Of a DNA stretch of 31,867 nucleotides, positions 26,431 through 31,867 are shown one piece after another. The first letter of the stretch is position 1, and each line of letters begins with the position of its first letter. Origin of the DNA: Deltaproteobacteria bacterium. Its GTDB lineage: Bacteria; Myxococcota_A; UBA9160; SMWR01. The notes beneath the pieces were generated by a model, which had not been told where the DNA came from, ran no database searches, and saw only the letters and a program-made list of their open reading frames with translations. The translations under genes were made by a program, and so were the position numbers. The stretch is from NCBI GenBank assembly GCA_032128115.1, contig JAQBHB010000044.1, positions 1 to 31,867 of the forward strand. Reading direction: 5' to 3'.

Positions 26431-26593
26431 TCCGGGCCCCTGCGAATGGCCTTCCCAGCGGGGAAATATTTCTTCCAACCGAACGATTTATTCGAGATTC
26501 CCGTGACACCTTCGGGGCTGGGCAGCCACTTAGGTATTAGAAAACAAAATATCCCCTTCCCAGGGAGGCCCGGAACTGTTCCGCAGTTCCGGG
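26431..26593 (+). ncRNA. ssrS: Candidate 6S-like RNA with a short terminal arm
   Basis: AT-richer intergenic segment folding by eye into a rod: ctgcgaa/ttccgcag, ggccttcc/gggaggcc, gggga..tattt/aaatatcccc, ttct..acc/ggt..agaa, then a central bubble and a cUUCGg-capped arm. Motifs ACCGAAC and GGGCAGCCAC resemble 6S bubble-flanking motifs as I recall them. No covariance model was run. Confidence 0.5.
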
Positions 26594-26606
26594 TCTTCCT
26601 GTTTCT
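26561..26606 (+). terminator. Intrinsic terminator-like hairpin
   Basis: cagggaggcccggaactg-ttccg-cagttccgggtcttcctg: 18-bp stem with two G-U pairs that favour the + strand, followed by TTTCT, between convergent genes. Confidence 0.7.
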
Positions 26607-26625
26607 GCGGACTCGGATCGGGGAC

Positions 26626-27621
26626 TCAGGGGGCGGCGTCGAACAGATTCAGACGGAAGCGCTCGCTCCGGTCCATCCAGGCCGCGTCCACTCGCAGGCC
26701 CGAGTCGCTGGCCAGCGTCTCGATCTCGTCCGGCGAGTACTTGAAGGCGTTCTCGGTGAAGATGGGCTCGTCGCGGGCGAATTCGACCTCCAGATCCAGG
26801 CCTTCGATCGCCACGCGCTGGGCCTTGCGGCTCACCAGCGAGATCTCTACCCGGCCCTCGTCTTCGCGGTAGCGGGCCCGGTGCCGGAACTGCGTCGGAT
26901 CGAAATTGCCCCCGAGTTCGCGGTTCATGCGGCTCAGCAGATTCAGGCTGAAGCGGGCCGTCATGCCTCGCGAGTCGTCGTAGGCGCGCTCCAGGGTCGC
27001 GCGGTCCTTGCGCAGGTCGATGCCGATCAGGAGGCCGTCGCCGGGCTCCATGGCGGCGCGGATCCTGCGCAGGAACGTGCGGGCCTCGTCGCGATCGAAG
27101 TTCCCCACGTTCGAGCCCAGCCAGGCGATCAGCTTGGGACGCCCGGTCTCGGCGCGAACGTGCCGGAGCCCCTCGTGATATTCGCTGGCGATGGCGCGGA
27201 TCTCGAGGCCCTGGTAGCGCTCCAGCAGCTTGAGAGCGCTGTCCTCGAGGGTGGCTCGGGAGATATCCACCGGGACGTAGCGCAGACCGCCGTGGCGGCG
27301 CAGGAAGGCCTCGATCAGCAGGCGTGTCTTGGAGGAGTTGCCGCTGCCCAGCTCGGCCAGGGTGACGCGCTGGGAGAAGCGAGCGGCGATCTCGTCGGAT
27401 CGGGCTTCGAGAATCTCACGCTCGGCGCGTGTGACGTAGTACTCGGGAACTTCGCAGATCTCTTCGAAGAGCTTCGAGCCCTCGTTGTCGTAGAGAAAAC
27501 GACACGGAATCGTCTTGGGCGCCGTGGTGAGCCCGCTTTCCACCTCGTCGGCGAAACTGGCCTCGACAGCTGGTTCTGCCTCGATCAGGGAATACCGGGA
27601 GGTCGCATTCGAGCGCTTCAT
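26626..27621 (-). CDS. egtD: EgtD-family (L-histidine N-alpha-methyltransferase-like) protein
   Basis: Motifs PKTIPCRFLYDNEGSKLFEEIC..PEYY, ELGSGNSSKT, YVPVDIS, GSNVGNF, LERAYDD..G.TA.F and TEN..KY; AGAGGGG RBS before ATG 27621. Confidence 0.85.
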   Translation of the reverse strand: MKRSNATSRYSLIEAEPAVEASFADEVESGLTTAPKTIPCRFLYDNEGSKLFEEICEVPEYYVTRAEREILEARSDEIAARFSQRVTLAELGSGNSSKTRLLIEAFLRRHGGLRYVPVDISRATLEDSALKLLERYQGLEIRAIASEYHEGLRHVRAETGRPKLIAWLGSNVGNFDRDEARTFLRRIRAAMEPGDGLLIGIDLRKDRATLERAYDDSRGMTARFSLNLLSRMNRELGGNFDPTQFRHRARYREDEGRVEISLVSRKAQRVAIEGLDLEVEFARDEPIFTENAFKYSPDEIETLASDSGLRVDAAWMDRSERFRLNLFDAAP

Positions 27622-27758
27622 GTCCCCTCTGTTCGCCGGCCGTCGGGCGGAATCCGATCCGGCCGAAATCAAGCCGACGAGAATGCTGCGACGTGACCGC
27701 CGGCGCAACCCGACGCCGCAGTGTCGCACCCGGGGCCGGCTTCTGTCATGCTCCGCGT

Positions 27759-29246
27759 GTGCGAAGACGCGAGGCGACCTTCGTCGTCGCATTGGCCGCG
27801 CTCGCCGCGTGTCGCGTCCTCCTGTTTGCGGCGGCGTTCCCGTTCTTCAGCAACGTGGACGAGCACCGCCACGTGGACGCGGCACTCAAGTACGCCCGCG
27901 GCTACCTGCCGGCCCCCGGAACCGACGCCTACGAGCCCGAGATGGCGACGTTTCTCGGGATCTACGGGTCGCCCGAGTACTACATGCGCCCCTGGGAGCG
28001 GGGCGAGGCGGCGCCGCCCGCGTGGGAGCGGCAGCCAGGCGCCATGCTGGACAAGATCGAGGGCAGCCGCACGTTCCTCGAGGGGCTCCCGAATCTGGAG
28101 GCCTACCAACCCCCGGTGCACTACGCCCTGGCGGGCGCCTGGATCCGGGTCGGACGCGCCCTGGGTCTCGACGGGGGTCAGCTCCTGTACTGGGCTCGCG
28201 GTCTGAACGCCATCTGGATGATCCTGCTGCTGCTGGGTTCCTATCTTTTCATGCGCGACGCCGTACCCGGCGACGCCTTCCTGCGCCTGGGCATCCCGAT
28301 CCTGCTTGTCGTGTTTCCCCTGGACGTCTTCTACTACGTGACCCAGGACGCCCTGTCGCCGCTGCTGTTCGCTCTGGGTTTCTTCGGGGCCGCGCGCCTG
28401 GCGCGGGTTCCGGCGGCAGGCGCAGCCGCGTACGCGGCGGTGGGGGCGGTGGCCGCGGCCGCTCTGCTCACCAAGTACACCAGCCTGGCACTGGTCCCCG
28501 TCTACGCACTCGCCACCCTCTACGCCCTGTGGGCGCGGCCCTCCGCGCGCCGCTTGCGCGGGGAGGGCGGCCGCTGGGTTCTCACCTGGCTGCTGCTGTT
28601 GTTGCCCGTTTGCGCCTGGCTCGTTCGCAACCAGATCCTGTTCGGCGACTTCGTGGGAACCGGCGAGAAGCTCGACCGGATGGGTTGGGGGCGGAAGCCC
28701 TTGGGCGAGTACTGGGACCATCCCCTCTTCACACCGGGCGGGATCGCGGTTTTCGTGAGCGACCTGATTCCCCGCTTCTGGCGCGGGCAGCTGGCCTGGT
28801 ATCGCACCACCCTGGCGTGGCCGTTTGCCGACGGCTTCTACACGCTGACGACGCTGATCTTCCTGGCGGCCGCCGCGATCGGTCTGCGCAGACGTGAGCG
28901 CGGTGATCCGGCGCGCGTGATCGAGCCCCTGGGTTTCGTGGCCCTGATCGGTTCGGTCGCGACCCTGGCCGGCCTCTCGCTCCTGTTCGTGTACGGGGAG
29001 AAGACGGATCCCTCGACGGCGAAGCCCTACTTCAGCCACGGGCGCCTGATCGCAGGCGTGCTGGTTCCCTTCCTGTGGTTGTATCTGCGGGGCATCCAGG
29101 TGGCCGCCGCAGCCCTCCCGGAACGGGTCCGGCGGCCCGCCGCCTGGGCCGCCCTCTGCGTGGTGGCCGCAGTGTGCCTGATCTCCGAGATCGCGATGAC
29201 ACGCGAGATCTTCGCCAGCCACTACAACTGGTTTCACCTGCCGTGA
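27759..29246 (+). CDS. GT-C superfamily (ArnT/DUF2142-like) membrane glycosyltransferase
   Basis: First-loop PFFSNVDEHRH, NLEAYQPPVHYAL, LLTKYT, WLVRNQILFGD and HGRL; many TM helices. Start uncertain. Confidence 0.75.
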   Translation: MRRREATFVVALAALAACRVLLFAAAFPFFSNVDEHRHVDAALKYARGYLPAPGTDAYEPEMATFLGIYGSPEYYMRPWERGEAAPPAWERQPGAMLDKIEGSRTFLEGLPNLEAYQPPVHYALAGAWIRVGRALGLDGGQLLYWARGLNAIWMILLLLGSYLFMRDAVPGDAFLRLGIPILLVVFPLDVFYYVTQDALSPLLFALGFFGAARLARVPAAGAAAYAAVGAVAAAALLTKYTSLALVPVYALATLYALWARPSARRLRGEGGRWVLTWLLLLLPVCAWLVRNQILFGDFVGTGEKLDRMGWGRKPLGEYWDHPLFTPGGIAVFVSDLIPRFWRGQLAWYRTTLAWPFADGFYTLTTLIFLAAAAIGLRRRERGDPARVIEPLGFVALIGSVATLAGLSLLFVYGEKTDPSTAKPYFSHGRLIAGVLVPFLWLYLRGIQVAAAALPERVRRPAAWAALCVVAAVCLISEIAMTREIFASHYNWFHLP

Positions 29247-29256
29247 GCCGTTCGCC

Positions 29257-30684
29257 ATGCCCGAACGGATGCCCACCTGGCGACGAATCGGCTACGGCCT
29301 GGGAAACGGTGGCTTCCAGATCACCGAGCGGATCGTCGTCTCCATCGCGGTCTATTTCTATCTGCCGCCCCCGGACCGGGGCCTCGTGCCCCTGGTTTCC
29401 GAGAACATCTTCCTGGGCTTCCTCACGGTCTACGGCCTGGGCATGTTGGTCGCGCGCTGCTTCGACTCCGCCGCCGATCCCCTGGTGGGCCACGCCTCGG
29501 ACCGATCGCGATCGCGGCTGGGAAGGCGCCGGTCGTTCCTCGTGTACGGCATCGTTCCCATGACGGTCCTGCCGGTGCTGATTTTCTGGCCTCCGGGCCC
29601 GCCAGGCTCGCTGGTGAACGCCTTCTGGTTGGCGTCGTTGCTATCGCTCTACTTCGTGGCCTTCACGGTCTACGTGGCGCCCTATCTGGCCCTGATCCCG
29701 GAGATCGCGTGGTCCGAGTCGGAACGCGTGAAGCTCGGCACGATCCTGGCGGTGGCGGCGATGCCGTTCGCAGCGGTCTTCGCCACGGCCTGGACCCTGG
29801 GCATCGAGCTCGGTCGCGATGCGGGGCTGTCTACCGCCGACGCGGTGCGTTGGGTGGTGGTGGGGGCGGCGAGCCTGGCGTTCGTCCTGTGCCTGGTCCC
29901 CATCCTGGTGGTGGACGAGAAGCGATTCGCGCGCAGCCAGCGTTCGGATCTGCCACTGGGACAGGCGCTGCGCACGACCCTTGGCAACCGCCCCTTCCTG
30001 ATCTACCTGGGCGCCCAGCTCCTGTTCATCTTCGGCGTCACCATGATCCAGACCGCGCCGCCCTACCTGGCGACGGTGTTGCTCGGACGCAGCGAAGGCT
30101 TCGCCGCCTGGCTCGGTCTGGGAACCCTGGCGGGAATCGGCGTGGGCTTCGCGGTGATCGGTCACCTGGTGCAGCGCGTCGGCCCCAAGCGGGTGATGAT
30201 GGGCTGTCTTTGCCTGTTTGCAGTGGCCATGGCCCTGTTGGGGTTCCTGGAGGCGGACGTTCCCGGCGGTCCCCACGATCGCCGCAACCTGTGGCTCGCG
30301 TTCATCGCGGTGGCGGTGGTGGGACTTCCCGTAGCGGGTTTCCTGGTGGTGCCCCACGTGATGATCAGCCAGCTCATCGATTGGGACGAGCGCCGCACCG
30401 GGGCGAACCGCTCGGCCATGTACTACGGCGTGCAGGGCCTGCTCACCAAGTGGATGTACGGCGCCTCGCTCTGGGCCTTCACCTTCCTGTTGTCGCGCTT
30501 CGGCAACAGCCCCGATGAACCGGCAGGCGTGCTCCTGATCGGTCCGGTGGCGGCCGTCACCAGCCTGCTGGCCGTGGTGGGCTACGCCCTGTACCCGGAG
30601 CGTCGCATCCAGGCCGAGGCACGCGAGGCGCTGGGCCCGGGCTCGAACGCCCAGCAGGACCCGGGCTCGAAGGTTCTATCCTGA
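29257..30684 (+). CDS. MFS transporter, GPH/MelB-like family
   Basis: Motifs GYGLG, FDSAADPLVGHASDRSRSRLGRRR, PYLALIPE, NRPF and IDWDERRTG..R.AMYYG. Confidence 0.9.
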   Translation: MPERMPTWRRIGYGLGNGGFQITERIVVSIAVYFYLPPPDRGLVPLVSENIFLGFLTVYGLGMLVARCFDSAADPLVGHASDRSRSRLGRRRSFLVYGIVPMTVLPVLIFWPPGPPGSLVNAFWLASLLSLYFVAFTVYVAPYLALIPEIAWSESERVKLGTILAVAAMPFAAVFATAWTLGIELGRDAGLSTADAVRWVVVGAASLAFVLCLVPILVVDEKRFARSQRSDLPLGQALRTTLGNRPFLIYLGAQLLFIFGVTMIQTAPPYLATVLLGRSEGFAAWLGLGTLAGIGVGFAVIGHLVQRVGPKRVMMGCLCLFAVAMALLGFLEADVPGGPHDRRNLWLAFIAVAVVGLPVAGFLVVPHVMISQLIDWDERRTGANRSAMYYGVQGLLTKWMYGASLWAFTFLLSRFGNSPDEPAGVLLIGPVAAVTSLLAVVGYALYPERRIQAEAREALGPGSNAQQDPGSKVLS

Positions 30685-30692
30685 ACCCCGAG

Positions 30693-31867
30693 ATGAATCG
30701 GCTGGCTTCCCCGCGCACCCGCTTCGCACTGGGGCTCGCCCTGGTGGCGCTGCTGAAGCTCTGGCTCGTGGCCGATACCCCCATCGCCGCGCGCGCAATT
30801 CCCCACGACCAGCAGCGCTACGCCGAGATGGCCGATCAGGTGATCCGCGGACATTGGCTGGGCGATTACGACGCCATGACCCTGATCCGCGAGCCGTCCT
30901 ATCCGGTCTTCATCGCGGTGGTGCACGCCGTGGGCGTGCCCCTGCGTCTTGCCGTCGAGCTGCTGCTGATCGGCGCATCCGGGCTCCTGGCCTGCGTCCT
31001 GGTGCGCCTGGGCCTGCCCCGGTCGGTGGCCTTTTGCTGCTTTGCGGTGCTGGTTCTGCAGCCGCATAGCCTGTTGGTCGATCGCGAGCTGCTGCCGTCG
31101 GGCTTCTACCTGCCGGTCCTGCTGATGGCGATTGCCTTGCTGCTGCTGGCCGGGAACGCCGTGCGGGCGCGGAATCGCTGGCTGCACGCCGGCGGGGCGG
31201 GTCTTCTCCTGGGGATCCTGTGGACCACGCGACCCGAGAAGCCGCTGGTGTTGGGCCTGGTGCTGGTGTTCGCAGGCCTCGACGCCCTGGCTCGGCGGGC
31301 GCGCGGCTCGGGTTGGCGCGCATCGCTCGCCGCCGCGGCGGGCGTGATCGGCATCGCGTTCGCCTCGATCGCGAGTGTCGCGTGCGGCTTCGCCGCCATG
31401 AACGCTCTCCACTACGGGGTCTTCAGGACGTCGGATCTCTCCGGAGGTGGTTTCGCGGCGGCCAATCGTGCACTGCTGTCCATCGAGCACGCGTCGCCCC
31501 GCCGATTCGTGCTCGTGCCCCGCGACGTGCGCGAGCGCGTCTACGCCGTGAGTCCCGCCTTTCGCGAGCTGCGACCCCATCTCGAGCAGGTGGGCTGGGG
31601 ACGCAACGTGAGTTGCAACCTGGTGCAGGTCTGCGACGACTATGCTGGCGCCTGGTTCATGTGGACCCTGCGCGAAGCGGCCGGCCGGGCGGGCCACATG
31701 GGATCGGCGGGCGAAGCGGCCGGCCGGGCGGGCCACATGGGATCGGCACGCGAAGCGGCCGGTCGGGCGGGCCACATGGGATCGGCACTCGTAGCGGATG
31801 CCTGGTTCCAGCGCGTCGCGGACGACATCGAGAACGCGCGCGTGCGCGGCGAACTGCCGCCGGCCCG
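30693..31867 (+). CDS. 3'-truncated multipass membrane protein, probable GT-C-like (absent from ORF track because it has no stop in the window)
   Basis: ATG 30693 is open to the window end: MNRLASPRTRFALGLALVALLKLWLV...PHDQQRY...GHWLGDYDAMTLIREPSYPVFIA...TRPE...NALHYG...WFMWTLRE. Confidence 0.8.
   Translation, partial: MNRLASPRTRFALGLALVALLKLWLVADTPIAARAIPHDQQRYAEMADQVIRGHWLGDYDAMTLIREPSYPVFIAVVHAVGVPLRLAVELLLIGASGLLACVLVRLGLPRSVAFCCFAVLVLQPHSLLVDRELLPSGFYLPVLLMAIALLLLAGNAVRARNRWLHAGGAGLLLGILWTTRPEKPLVLGLVLVFAGLDALARRARGSGWRASLAAAAGVIGIAFASIASVACGFAAMNALHYGVFRTSDLSGGGFAAANRALLSIEHASPRRFVLVPRDVRERVYAVSPAFRELRPHLEQVGWGRNVSCNLVQVCDDYAGAWFMWTLREAAGRAGHMGSAGEAAGRAGHMGSAREAAGRAGHMGSALVADAWFQRVADDIENARVRGELPPA
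31671..31787. repeat. 39-bp in-frame tandem triplication encoding (R/G)EAAGRAGHMGSA x3
   Basis: Three 39-nt units starting at 31671, 31710 and 31749, differing at only a few positions. Confidence 0.95.

Noticed and set aside
26424..26625. tRNA, tmRNA, SRP RNA or riboswitch in the AT-richer intergenic region
   Set aside because: No cloverleaf/TpsiC or CCA end, no SRP GGAA-loop motif, and the region is 3' of both flanking genes, so it is not a 5' leader.
27622..27758. Possible SAM riboswitch upstream of egtD (hairpins cgtcgg/ccgacg and tgcgac/gtcgca)
   Set aside because: No SAM-I/II core motifs recognised; such hairpins are common in GC-rich DNA, and a TTGCGC-N17-CATTCT promoter candidate accounts for part of the region.
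403..31775. Many long alternative-frame and antisense ORFs (e.g. 1452-3236, 4066-5538, 5433-6965, 6944-8803, 19746-21323, 26446-27696, 27669-29276, 30582-31775)
   Set aside because: They shadow well-supported genes, are Arg/Gly/Pro/Ala-rich with no family motifs, and are expected from stop-codon scarcity at high GC.
31671..31787. 39-bp repeats as a CRISPR array
   Set aside because: Units are directly adjacent with no unique spacers, lie in frame within a CDS, and no cas genes are present.

Overview
GC-rich (roughly 70%) bacterial core-genome window. Gene content and style suggest Myxococcota or another deltaproteobacterium; this is inference, not determined. No transposase, integrase, CRISPR array, tRNA or rRNA was seen. 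Left to right: (1) an overlapping + strand operon: partial deoxyhypusine-synthase-like protein, macrodomain protein, CcsA/HemX-like membrane protein, hemA, hemC, cobA-hemD, hemB, then a 57-aa DUF4177-like ORF missing from the ORF track and a SAM methyltransferase; (2) a - strand operon: phasin-like protein, uncharacterised multipass membrane protein, UbiB/ABC1 kinase, divergent from a CBS protein; (3) a - strand operon: divergent D-cysteine-desulfhydrase-like PLP enzyme, Tat-signal small subunit, GMC oxidoreductase, MATE transporter, divergent from an aldehyde dehydrogenase; (4) USP, rnhB, truD, cysK and a lone acpP; (5) a small membrane protein divergent from polA; (6) an ECF sigma factor, zinc-less anti-sigma and secreted protein, followed by an AT-richer rod-shaped RNA element resembling a truncated 6S RNA with a competing terminator hairpin; (7) an orphan, divergent egtD-like methyltransferase; (8) a GT-C-like / MFS / GT-C-like membrane cluster. 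Highlights: the 6S-like RNA at the end of the ECF operon, the PLP-GMC-ALDH module, and four separate short tandem duplications (15, 20, 21 and 39 bp) in a window whose Pol I appears to lack proofreading residues.
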